From positions 5,955,129 to 6,019,128 of the forward strand of contig CM082576.2 in the NCBI GenBank assembly GCA_040954595.2: a stretch of DNA of 64,000 nt. The letters run 5' to 3'. This stretch comes from Balanoglossus misakiensis. Its lineage: Eukaryota; Animalia; Hemichordata. Both the position numbers and the translations under genes were made by a program. The notes beneath the pieces are model-generated. The model saw only the letters and a program-made list of their open reading frames with translations, was not told where the DNA came from and made no database searches. Of the stretch, positions 1 through 18,500 are shown one piece after another; position 1 is the first letter of the stretch, and each line of letters opens with the position of its first letter.

Positions 1-3000
1 TACGCCGACATTCACGATTTCAACTGTGCCATCTGGTGGACCTTTCAGTGTTGACACATCAGGTATGTGCACCCTCATACTCGATGAGCTTAATGGTTAA
101 TTACTAAATGAGGTTTTATGCAATTTACAAAGCAATTAAAGAACACCAACGTCTTAAACCTTGATTAACCTCAGGCAATAACATTTAGACAGCGCCGAAC
201 CAAGGAAATGCTAATTAACAACGGAAAGTCGCCAATGTGAACACAATTTCCAAAGACACACAACATGGGTTTTTGTTTTAGTGCTTGACTTTACTTTACA
301 CCACGTAATTGTTAATTGGATTATTTCACATTATATGTCACACTTCATCTTTGACACCTTCCCAGGGAACGTAAAAATAGTGAGTCCGGGTCTTGACTAC
401 TTGTCCAACGACCACTGGACAGTGAATATCTACATCGAGGACCCGGACGGTTTGACAGACAACGGCCAGCTGCACATCATCGTCACCGATGTCAACCAAG
501 GCCCAGAAATCGTCAATATGCCCGCGGGAATTACTGTCCAAGTGGGAGAACTCAGCTCTGCCGGCAGCGACATCTTCACAGTAGATGCATTCGATGAAGA
601 TGCTGATGAGTATTTCTGTGTAATGTTTGCCAATCCAAACGATGGCAACTTTGTTATAAACTCAACAAGTAAGTGTCTTCGTCTTTATTTCTATTTACAG
701 CTATCAGTGAGCCTTTCTAAAGTAGTTTATAACGTTTCAAAACGTTGATAGAACACTTCGAGCTGGAATTACATTATGTGTCATTGTTTATGGACTGATT
801 CCTTTAATTATTGTTGTCTTGTAGCTTACGTTATCAGCGTAATAGACGAGCCCAGTCTGGACTACGAGACCACCCCAACGTACACTCTGACTGTGACATG
901 CCACGATAATCAGAATACTGGTCTAGCTAAGAATCTCATTGTGGAAATCCTCAACGAAAACGAATCGCCAGAAATACTTAATTTACCAGCAACGGTAACA
1001 GTGCCCGAAGACGCTATAAACACGGCGCCAATCTTCATCGCCGACGGCTACGACGTGGACGGGGATCTGCTGAGTTACACGATCGCAGTATCGCCAGAGA
1101 GCGGCCACAGCAAGTTCACAGTTACCAACACAAGTAAGGGCTTTAATTTGTGACACTGAGTATTTAAGTTGCAAATACTCCCGAGCGACCTGAATGAGAG
1201 AATTCGGTAGGGGTGGTATGGGAGTACTTAGTATATTTTAACACCAACATTACCTTAAAAGACTGTAAGACATCTTGTATCAGAACTTCATACCCAGAGC
1301 TGAAAATACAGGTGCAAGATGGGACATTCCTTCAACACGCCCGCCAAATTCATGGACACTTTTCACCTGTTGAGTTAAACAAATTTACATACACTTAATA
1401 ATACGCTAAAGCTATTATGATCTTTGTTTTGGGGACGTTACATAACATCTGTCGTAATGATCTCAAAGTATTAAAAAACGTTTTATTTACATCTAAACCA
1501 CGATCTTAGAATCACGGAAGCCAGTAGTGCCCCTGAAATAAAACCTGTTGGAAATCCTGATTCAGCGAACATTTGAAGATTTGTCATGTGTTCTATGCGG
1601 CTTTGAACCTTCTCTTCCAATTTGGTGGGTGTATGTATATAAAGAGAAAATTCTCTATTTGGCCAAACAACAAGCTACCGTGGGGGGGGGGGGGATTAAC
1701 AGTGGTATGCTCCAAACTCCAATGTACTTCAAATTCTATGGACATAAATCATACGAACGGTATGCGCTAATATGTGCTCATTCCGCCTGTATCAAAATTG
1801 CATTAAAGTAATGTCAACTAATGCAGTGTATTGTGATTTAAAATTAGTCGGTTTTATTCACGTTTGTGCAATATGCCCTTTGCATTTGGAGGTCACCGCG
1901 GCTATTGTGTTCAAACAAGCACATTACTATAAGACATTAAGTGTATTTTCTGCTCGCCCATTAGGCCTAATGTGCCCATTTTGACATGAATGGATACCAC
2001 GCTTTTCGAAAAATTATGATGGATGTTTATGAACAGATTGCATAGAAATGCCGCCATCTTGCAAATACCAGAATATCACGAATGGTAATAATTTTGTCCC
2101 GTTTTTTTGCAGCTGCAAACGATGCCAAAATCAGCATAGTCAACAATCCGGGTTTCGATTTCGAAGTTGCGGACCAGTATGTGATTACGTTGGAAGCATC
2201 GGATGGCGTGTTGACTGCAACGGGCACTTTAAATGTGGATTTGGTGGACATTGACGAACCACCCAGATTCGTCAACAACGATCAAGAAGTGTTGATTAAT
2301 GAAGGACAGGTCCGTCTGCGATTGCGCGAGATTAATCTTCACCAAAGTACACCACACAAACACAAAATTCTGATCTGTTGTAAATAGTGTCCAATTAACA
2401 CGTACCATGAAAATTAGCATTGCAATACTCGTCGCAGTCATTAAAGAGGGCAATGTTTTTCTTCGTTTCAGCCCACTGAGACACCAATTTCTGTGGACTG
2501 GTCGGTGATTGATGTGGATGACCCCATTGACTCCCTGGTGTTTGATATGATTGGTGGAACCTACACTACGTACTTCACACTGATTGGTGGCCCGAATCCC
2601 GAGCTCCAAATAGCTCAAGTCATGGATTACGAAGCCAACTTCCCTGCACCTATCAACATACTCTTCTCTGTTAGTGACCCGGCCGGTGGGAGGGACTACC
2701 TGTCTTTGAAAGTCTTCCTCCTTGACGTCAACGACAACGCCCCCGTGTTCAGTCAGCCGCAGTACATCGGGTCGCTATACGAGATGGAGCCCTACGGTGC
2801 GTCTGTGCTTCGCGTGTCGGCAACAGACAATGACGTTGGCGACACTATATCCTACTACATCAACCCCGAAAATCCGTATTTTGATGTCGACCCTCAAAGC
2901 GGTGATGTCACGGTGAAGCAATCCATCGATAGAGAAACTGTGGGCGACACGGTCACTCTCACAGTGTTTGCTAGGGATAACGGGTCCACATCTCTTGAGG

Positions 3001-5770
3001 GCTCTGCTAGCGTGCAAATTACCGTCATCGATATCAACGACAATGATCCGTTGTTTGAGAACGATTTTTGGAACTGGGAAATACGGTACGACGCCGATGT
3101 CGCTTCTTATGTAAACAGCGTCAGAGCAACAGACGCCGATGCAGGTGAGAAATTATCATAAAATAAATTCAAATATTTTGGTATTAAATAGAGACACTGG
3201 AATATTCTTTTGTTTAGAATGAGAAACCGATAAAGTACATTGAAAAGAGGACTTACTAAAAAACCGTCACTTCCTTATCATATGACAGACAACGGCGTCA
3301 TAACCTATAAGACGTATCTTGGAAGCCCCTACTTTGCGATTGAGGACGATGGACAGGTTTACATCACAAACACTTTGGAGCCCAACTTTATGTACACGCT
3401 GATATGTCGTGCCTACGATGATGGAAACCCGACACAGATGTCTCGGTGAGTCACGCGATCATTGCTCCGTTTTAATTAAAACACGACACGAATGCACTCG
3501 TGGAATTCGAGCCGTATTGTTACCTTGCTCTATGAAATGTCTCAGATTTTCATTTTGGTTTCATCTACAACTCTCATGTTTATATTAGTAGTAAAATTTT
3601 GTGTTTGAATATAAGAAGGTAGACACTATCACCCAATCTATGTACTGTCTTTGCAGTGTGGCTTTGATACGTATAGACACATACATACCGAGGCTGGTTC
3701 TCGTCAATGTTTACGTTGGAACATCTTTGACGGACTTCACGTCAACACGACGCCAGGAATTCATCAACGCCCTCAACGGTGTCTTCCATCCCTGGTATTT
3801 CCGCATTGCTTCCTTCAGATCAAGCACGGACCAACAGGCCTCGAGGAGACGCCTACTGCAAGAGTAAGGGCGGTATTTTGCATTAAAGTTTACATTTTAA
3901 TTTAAAATGGGGAGCTTGACACCTTGGTCATTTACAATATTGGTGTCGCAGTGTGTTACGTTTCAATTCCTTGAATATAGTACTGCTTGTTTTTACATAT
4001 CATTTGTTACGACCCAAACGTTAAACAAAATTATATCGAGTGGGTGACGGTCAAACAAAGATAACAACTTACACGGATTATTCACGCACAGAAGCCTTTG
4101 CAACAGAATTAGCAAACGTTAGTGTAAAAAGGGTCAAACCAGAATGTTCCCTGGAAAAACCGCTGTGAAATGAATGACCACCACATCGGGTTTAGAGTCC
4201 ACAACAATTGCGAACAAGTCTTGGAATTCAAAGAGTTCTTGGCGAATCGTTCTCAAAGATACCGAATAGGTCAACGAAGAAACGTACCTGCACAAACTCG
4301 TCATGTGGTTCACCGAATTCGCAGTACCCGCCTCTCACTATATCGCGTTGACATATTCCAAGAACTTCGGTATCACATCCACCGGCTTCCTTTCCCTGCA
4401 ACCGCCTGGCAAAATGGCGGAGTCGTTTACACGTGGATTTCAAAGTACTTTCGAAAGGGACTGAGTGGCGTGGACACCCTAGGCCTGGATTTGTATAGCG
4501 TAGATAAATTATTCAGTAACACCTGGTCATGCAACACTTGGTCGCGTGACACCTGGTCATGTAACACCTGGTCGCGTAACACTTGGTCACGCAAAGAGAA
4601 CAGCTGGGTTCACCTGGTCACGCTAACAGAACTGAACTCTGTGTCATTCTGTCTTTCAGAGCCGTAGTAATCGAAATGTATGCGTTGACAAATAACCACA
4701 CCGAGTACCATAGCAACGTGGGTATGGTAAAAGAGTTCCTTGATAGCGGCCATCTGGTGTCGGCGATGACCGTTCACTCTGACGGAACCCCGTCAGACAT
4801 CGTCTCCGTTGCTGATTTCGACAATTTCCCGGTAGTCAGAGTAGAACCGACATACGGGGCAGCCGGGGTCGACTGGTGGCTGGACACGAGGGAAGGCAAC
4901 GCTACCATCGGCGCCATGACTTTGGTTCTGTTGTTGATGCTGGTCCTGTTCGTCTATTTCTGTTGCTGGAAGCATCAATGCTGGCGAAGTTTGACAAGAT
5001 TGTGTAGCCGACGCGGCAGCAGTTCTTCGTGGAAATCACAGCAGAAAAAGGTTGAAGTGTCTCATGAAAAACCACGGTAAATACGTATTTGGGTAACTGG
5101 TCATGTGAAGTCTTTCATCACTTAAATGTACAGAACAGTATAGTACAGCACAGCACAGAACAGTAGAGCATATCACAGCACATTACTTTATAGTATAGTA
5201 CAGACGAGAAAGGCACAGTACAGATAGGAGAAGAAAAGAATAGAATATAATTTTTTCTCAACTATTCCACTTTCAACTTTGTTTAATCTTTAACTTAGAT
5301 CCCCTGTAGCGTGGGAGGAAGGAGGTGCAAAGCGACCAACCCAGATTCCATTGAACACCATATCCCTGGCGAACCGCGAGACATTTGAATTCCGTTATGG
5401 AAAGAGACCGCATTACACGGTGCTGGATAGCAAGAATGGGCGAGACGACCCTGCGAAAGAGAGTCCCTCGAATGTGGATTTGTTCAACCGCCAGATGAGT
5501 ACTCAACATTCAGAAACGTTGCCATGGCAGCCCATGAATAAATCGCAGCACAGCTGGTCTCGAAAAGGAACAGCTATCGGTGAAAGTCACGTGCCCAGAA
5601 GCGACACACATATTAAGGCGGGAGAAATTAGATCTGGGAGTGGTTTGACAACAAAATCGAACGTTTCTAAGGGGTCCGGTCATTCGCCGTCGGAGAACCA
5701 AACGCATATGCTAATACATGCAACGGAACATCATCCCGCAACTCTGACTCACCAATCGCGACACTCGTAG
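1..5770 (+). CDS. Cadherin-related single-pass membrane protein, paralog 1 (5' part lies upstream of the window)
   Basis: GT-AG exons in consistent phase: <1-62, 366-668, 825-1133, 2113-2309, 2472-3144, 3289-3445, 3657-3863, 4660-5076, 5299-5770 (TAG). Cadherin Ca-binding motifs LDYE, DVNDNAPVF, DINDNDPLF, ATDxD. Juxtamembrane domain with RRRLL, TM ATIGAMTLVLLLMLVLFVYF, CCWK cluster, Ser-rich tail. The exon pattern matches exons 4-12 of paralogs 2 and 3. Confidence 0.9.
4518..4623. repeat. 15-bp minisatellite (consensus AACACCTGGTCRYGY, 5 units plus a partial unit) in an intron of cadherin paralog 1
   Basis: Units start at 4518, 4533, 4548, 4563 and 4578, with a partial copy CACCTGGTCACGC at 4611. 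Confidence 0.85.
5128..5250. repeat. Degenerate pentanucleotide simple repeat (ACAGC/ATAGT/AGAAN-like), intronic
   Basis: tacagaacagtatagtacagcacagcacagaacagtagagc...agaaaagaatagaata in the last intron of paralog 1. Confidence 0.6.
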
Positions 5771-6543
5771 TTGGCATGTTTTTTTCATATTTTTAGAGGG
5801 ACAATTGAAAACTAAAGACAATTAAAAGCGACTTCCAAGTCATATGACACAAATACCATCCGAACAATGATTTCTCGATTCTATTTTATATATTTATTTT
5901 ATTTGGTTTTCAAATTGGTTTGTTTAATATCAGTTGTTTTTCGCAAGTTTCGTACTTTCTATAATAAACTATATTAAAGAAACTTCATCAAAAGTGTAAA
6001 ATAAAGACGCTTTTATTTATAAACTTTGGTCATCCCTCTCCAAGTGTCACTGATTTAATAAAAACACACACTTAACCATTCAACTGAGACTGCTCACAGT
6101 TATTCAGGATTACGAGATCGTTATGAAGCTATCTATTCTTGTGGAGAAATCGTTATGTTTATTGAGTTATGTTTATTGAGCTACCGCTAACACAGCGATT
6201 AATTTCTTAGTTATGACAATTGCCAATAATAAAACCCGTTTACGTCCTAACCGGATTCTTGTTGACCTCAGAGAGACCCCGCGCATTCTTCAAAATATGC
6301 TGATATAAAGAACGTGTCAATAAACATTGCAAACCAGACAAGACCATTCGGCGACGCCCTTATCTTGCCGTTATGGATAGACATTGTTCTCTCGACAAAG
6401 GACAAACCATCCTTTTCACGTCGATGTTTTATTAAAGTAAACATCACTCCTTTCATATCATACCTTTGTCCCAGAATATAAAGACCATGCCTTCAAACTC
6501 TCAATCTTTACGCATTATTGAGCGCCCATACTTCTTCACAGAA

Positions 6544-6572
6544 CATTGCGTCACGCGGAGATATAAGCTCTG
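6544..6572 (+). promoter_or_regulatory. Putative core promoter of cadherin paralog 2 (CGTCACG element plus TATA-like ATATAA)
   Basis: CATTGCGTCACGCGGagATATAAgCTCTG about 140 bp upstream of ATG 6707. The same arrangement occurs upstream of paralog 3. Confidence 0.45.
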
Positions 6573-6706
6573 TACGCCCTCACGCTCATTTTTATAACAC
6601 TCTTATGAACTAACACAGATTTTGTAACGACAAGGACGTACCGTGACGCTACATTGTCCGACATATTCTTTTTTTAATCCGTCATCGTGGTTCGGTGAGA
6701 CTAAAC

Positions 6707-12917
<6,211 letters not shown>

Positions 12918-15368
12918 TAATGATTGAAAAATGGAAAGATCTGATTATATATCGACACAGTTTCTGTTATTCTATTATTCATGTGGGTTACCCAATCTTA
13001 CGATATCTATTAATTGATGTTTTCACTCATTTTGGCTATAACGATGGCAGACTGTGCATTTTACTGTAGTCCTGAACCTAACGGAGTGATACAATTGGGG
13101 GAAATATTACATATACATAGAGACTCTCGCGCATAGCCTTGTGGCGGCAGCCAGCGCTGACGACGGTGGCATGTTTGTCATCGACTTTCATTGTAAACAG
13201 TATCCTGGGTGATTACTACTTAAAGATAATGTAGCGGGATTTGACAACGTCATTACTTGGATCTTAGCTCGTGATGTAAATATGTCAATAATTTATTTAT
13301 TTTTGAGGTTTCAAGGGCAATAATGACATGTATTGATGACGGCCAGCCTTTGTCATGTAAATACGATTTGCAATACGAAGTCCACGCGCATGCATACATA
13401 CACAAACAAACAAACCAACACTCAAACAAACAAACACACTGAACAAACACACTCGTATTTACGTTCAATAGCTTTCAATCTGCAATTACCGACAATACAA
13501 TTTTGTCGCATTTTAAGAAACAAATACAAATCTATTATAAAGCTATGATTGATATTTTGTCAGTAACAAAACAACAGTGCAATTTGAAAATTGAGTTTAT
13601 CGGCTTCTCCTAGTCAAAGTAACATGCTTATAGATATTTATCCAGGAAAACAATTAATATTGTTTGATAAAAACCATTATCCTTCAAAATTATTTCTCCT
13701 CAACTGATTTACTGGTTTCTTAAGCCTGGGAGTAATGTTTTAAGATACATATTCTTGTAAAAAATAGGTATTATTTAGTATTTAGTGGAAGAATAAATAA
13801 ATGTGCATGTAAATCATCTATTGTTCAGAATGAATCACAAAAGAGTGGATGATGTACGCCTGCCTACGAGGGAATTATTCGACCGATCGGATAAATCTGG
13901 ACCTTTGTGACACCTAAAAGACCAAACGTGACCCCAGGGGAAACCATAGCACAGTTCCTGTCTTTGATATACAGTTATTGCAGACTGTCCACTGATATGT
14001 GGTGTGAGGGTCGCTGTGGGCGTTACTCCATATCACAGATGTTAGTCTGTACGTCTTTACAATGCATTGCTTAAAAGGAGAAATGCAATATCCAGTTAAC
14101 TTATTCTACGCGCGTAACTGAGTTGTTAATCTTGTTGACTCAAAGGACGTAAATGTCTTTATACTGTCTCTGAGCCGTCACCAACTCCTTTCCACGGTGT
14201 ACACTCCATACAATGCATGTACAGTATTCCTCAGAACATGGGATGTGACCCATAGCGGAGAACACCATGTATAGTCTAGACTGCTCCAAATGCGGTTTTT
14301 GAGTTTCAATTGCCAGGGTGACTCTATTATCGGATGGGTACCGTGATTGCTAGAACTTCGCGACACGGCAAATACTTGCATGTGGTTGGACAAAAAAGAA
14401 GACATTTAAGATAAAATTAGTACGTGAATATCAGATAAGATCAAAACAAGAGACGGAATGCTTATATATGCTGGGGTTAATATTGTCAACTCGTTATATC
14501 GTGACACTGTCTCGATTTTGTTTATAAGTGGTTGATGGTACTGTCGGTTGGAACCAGAGCTAGTGACGTCCGGCTAACCTGATCCACCGTACGTCATATC
14601 CGGTATATTTGTCGTGGCATTCACTCGTATTGCCGTCAGCGTGGTGACAAATTGTGCGAGTAAGAAACATTCCAAGCGCATGAGTGATCGAATTATCGTC
14701 AAGTGTGATTGGCTGGACAGTTATCAGAGCACCGAGAGTGGAGACGCGTCACCTAGATAACCACTCGATCCTTTCAATTTCTTTACTCCAGTTTGCTGTA
14801 GCAACGACGATACACAACTTTGATAAATAGCATGTGTTTGTTTGTTTATTTCACCCCGAGACTCGTACACTATAACATGGTGCACAATGCACACCACTGT
14901 AATCGTTCAGATCCTCCCATTTTTTGCAAACCGTCTCATGTGGGATTAACGTATACTACTGGAGTCTATGGAGGCGCTAATGAAGAAAATTGTAGATGTG
15001 TGCCTTTCATAAGACACCAATCAACGCCATGTTCTCTTTGTAATAATTTGTCAATGTGTATTCAATGATGCTCTAGTAGTTTATTGTCACCACCCCCTCC
15101 GGACGTTGACGTCGATGCTGTACTTTATGGGCTATTGATAGTCGGGGGATATGCGGACTAGAATACTCTGTGTGGACTTCTAGCTACCCCGTCATTGAAA
15201 GTTTATCTCCTCGCTTCACAAAAGAAGACACCGTCTTCGTTATATGTCATTCTGGTTCTTTTCAAGTGAATGGCTATTGTTCGCGAGAGTACAAAAGCAC
15301 CAAGGTGGCCCGTTGTGAAGGAAGAGCATTGTGTCAGAATATATGAGACCGTGCATATCGCTGAGTAG

Positions 15369-15399
15369 CATTTCGTCACGTGGTCCGCATATATCTCTG
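15369..15399 (+). promoter_or_regulatory. Putative core promoter of cadherin paralog 3 (CGTCACGTGG plus TATA-like ATATAT)
   Basis: CATTTCGTCACGTGGtccgcATATAtCTCTG about 180 bp upstream of ATG 15574. It aligns with the paralog-2 element. Confidence 0.45.
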
Positions 15400-15573
15400 A
15401 CGTACACAGGCGGAGTTCTTACGAGATTTGGAGGAAATCAAAAGTTGGCGAGATATTTTTAACTTTCAAAGGTACTGTTTTCCGACAAGAAGCTAAAAAC
15501 TGTCGAACTGCGCACACGGTATAACGTCTTTATTTTCATTTCTGAACGAAAGGAACGAAACGTACCAGTCGTC

Positions 15574-18500
15574 ATGATTGGATATTTAATAATCGTCTTG
15601 CTGGCTACAAGACTTGCTGACGCAGGTATGTCGATATCAACTTTTTTCCAACTGTCAGTCTGATATCGCGAGGATTGCGAGGATGATTCGATTAGTCAGA
15701 CATTAGTGATAAACACACCTTTTCAACCAGCAAGCTAGCTACCCGACTTCAGTATTCCGCGCAACAAAAACTCTAATTTTGTTTACAAGCGAAGTTGTCG
15801 TTCCCAATGACCTACTCCTCAAAACTCTATGACGAATTGGTACAGTATATACATATACCATACTGCTCGCTTAGTGATTCTGTGTTCTCGCACTTGTTGT
15901 TTTTGCTATAATCTTGATCACTGTACCTTATTTATTTTTGACTTGTTAGCAAGGTAGTAACTTTAAATTTTTTTCAAAGAATCCGTCTCCCGGCACTGTC
16001 ACAACCATAACGGTATGCCACTTAACCCTACGATTAACCCCACGCGATTACACAGCATAGTCGTTTGAAATACATGGTACGAACGCTTGTAAATCCGCAA
16101 GAATTGTTGTAATAAAATATCCCTTGATTCTATTACTTGTCTGGTATTCGAGCAGGCGTATATGTGTTGGTTGTTGAATTGGTTTAAAGTTGGCCACTTT
16201 TCGTGTCCTAAACAACGGCTCCCTCTCGCTGAAAATGCGGCGAGCCTTTCAGGATCCATAACGCGGACAATCAATTTTAAGACAGCGGTCAACCGTAACA
16301 AACAAGCTTACTGTGTACGCAGACGATGCGTGTAGTGGTGTGTATAAGGAGAATGTATACAGCACCGTTTCATTGGGCTTCCATCGCTGCATACTTACTC
16401 AGGTACCCGTAGCAACCACTAGTGTGACGTAGCACAGGAGTGTATGAAAAATTTCCCGTGAGATAAGACACTATGGGCATGCAGCCTGCCAGTCAATGGT
16501 GGTTGGAAAATATGATGATCGCTGTTGACGCCGCCATAGGGGAATTGTATCCACGGAGATCGAGAAACGAGTTTATTTACCATTGTTACAATTAATTCGT
16601 ATCTAGACACGCCAGATCCCGATGACTGTCGTGTACTTTAAAGATACCATGCTTTTTATTTGGAGTCGTGGCATCTCTTTTACATCCGACGTTCATTTTC
16701 GGCCGCTACATTTTGTCTCAAAATGCTTGCGGCGATACGTTCGAGTCACAAAGTTATACGCCTGATCGTCGTTTGTATTCTACCTTGTTTCCTACTGATG
16801 ACGTCAGCAATTGTCCGCTACGTTTGCTTCATGTTTACTCGGTTTTCATTGGCTTTATTTGGTTTGTACTCCGCCTGGGGGCATAAAAGTGGCCCTTCTT
16901 TGTCGATGTGTCACGGGGTTTATCCGAAGTGGACATACATATAGAAACCGGACAGGTCAATGAGTAAAAACTTTCGAACTGAGTTCAGAATGTGAAGACA
17001 ATTTTAGACTATTGGTTGTGAATTTTGACATGTAAGTTGACATAAAAGCAAAAAAAAATAGAACGCTGTTAAAACTGAATGCACATCACATAAGTCTGTT
17101 CTTTGGTTTGTGATTCCGACAACTTTCTGTAAGTGATTTCACTGTCGGATTGTCCTCAACTTTTTTCCGCTGTCTTGATTGGCGATATGCCAACATCACA
17201 CGTCACAGAACAAGTTATTTACTGTGCTTTGGTGCTCTACGTTACGGTTGCTACAACCGGGGACATAGCGGATTGTTTCAATTTAATAGCCAGATGTGTA
17301 TCAAAAGCGGCGACTAGAAAGGAAACGTCAGTCTACAAACAAAACTCCGGACAGAGGCCACGAGATAACAGCGGTGGTTCTCAGTGTTCTGGAGGTCGGT
17401 AGAATTTTAGGGGACAGCTGGAGGCCACGAGAACTTCGTGCCATTATGATCTGCAGTTCAGTGGCCAGCCTTGAAATCACTTTTAGTGTCCAATATAGCT
17501 TATGTACACGCGGGTCACAATATAACGGGGTGTGGTTAAACAATTAAAAGCTCCCAGTGTCAAATTCCCAACCGGTGTGATAGTGACACTGTCTAATTGT
17601 TGGGCGTAGCCCTTTATGAAAGTTTGTTTTTGTTTTGTATTGCTACGATCAGTCTGTTATACACTTTTGGATTCCATTGCCATATTTACCATTCATGTTT
17701 GGACGGATTATGTACCTGAAAAGGGGAATAACTATTTCCACTAACGATGTTTTCAAGATGATTCTGCGGTATCTGTTAAAACACAACCGACACTTACTTT
17801 TTATTTTCTCACAGTCTTGACGATCAATCCACCTGCTGTGCCAGCAACAATTCAAGAGAATTCTCTGAACGGAGCATTTGTACCAGGGAGTACATTCAGC
17901 GCTACTGGCCAAGGTGCAAGCGCCCTCTATTACTACAGTCTGACTGACATAACACCAAACCCTGGAGCTGGGAATGAACCGTTTGAGCTTGATCAAGGTA
18001 AAGACGACATTCTTGTTTTATTTACTATCAAAAACAACAAAGTTCAGATACAATACAACGCGACTTCATTATACTAACCAGTGTTCCGCTAACCCTAAAG
18101 TGGAATAACTATTTTGTGTACAGTTTGCAAATTTTAATATACAACTTTGTAGTCGACCAGACCATGAAGCTTGTGTTCTCAAACTGTTTCAGACACTCAG
18201 CTAGGTCTAATGAAGCAGTCTATAATATAAGATAAATAATTCATATCGTCTCTCGTCTTGTTTTAGGTTTACCAAGTTTAACGAATATGGCAGATATCAA
18301 AGTACGAAATCCCCCTGGATTGAATTTCGAGTCGACGGCCTCATGGACAGTGGAAGTTACAGTGCAAGATCTGAATGACCCCGCGGCTGGTAGCCAGTCA
18401 GCAAGCCTCACAATTGACATCACTGACGACCCTACCGAGGTTCCCACTTTTCTAAATCTTCCCGGGACTGGAAGTGTGCGAGAACTGGTGACGTTACCGG

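Noticed and set aside
4518-4623. Short direct repeats as a CRISPR array
   Set aside because: The units are contiguous with no unique spacers, there are no cas genes, and the context is eukaryotic.
4170-4667. 165-aa ORF with TWSCN/TWSRD repeats
   Set aside because: It lies in an intron of cadherin paralog 1 and the repeats are the translation of the 15-bp minisatellite.
6152-6180. 15-bp tandem duplication GTTATGTTTATTGA(G)
   Set aside because: A two-copy slippage duplication with no further structure.
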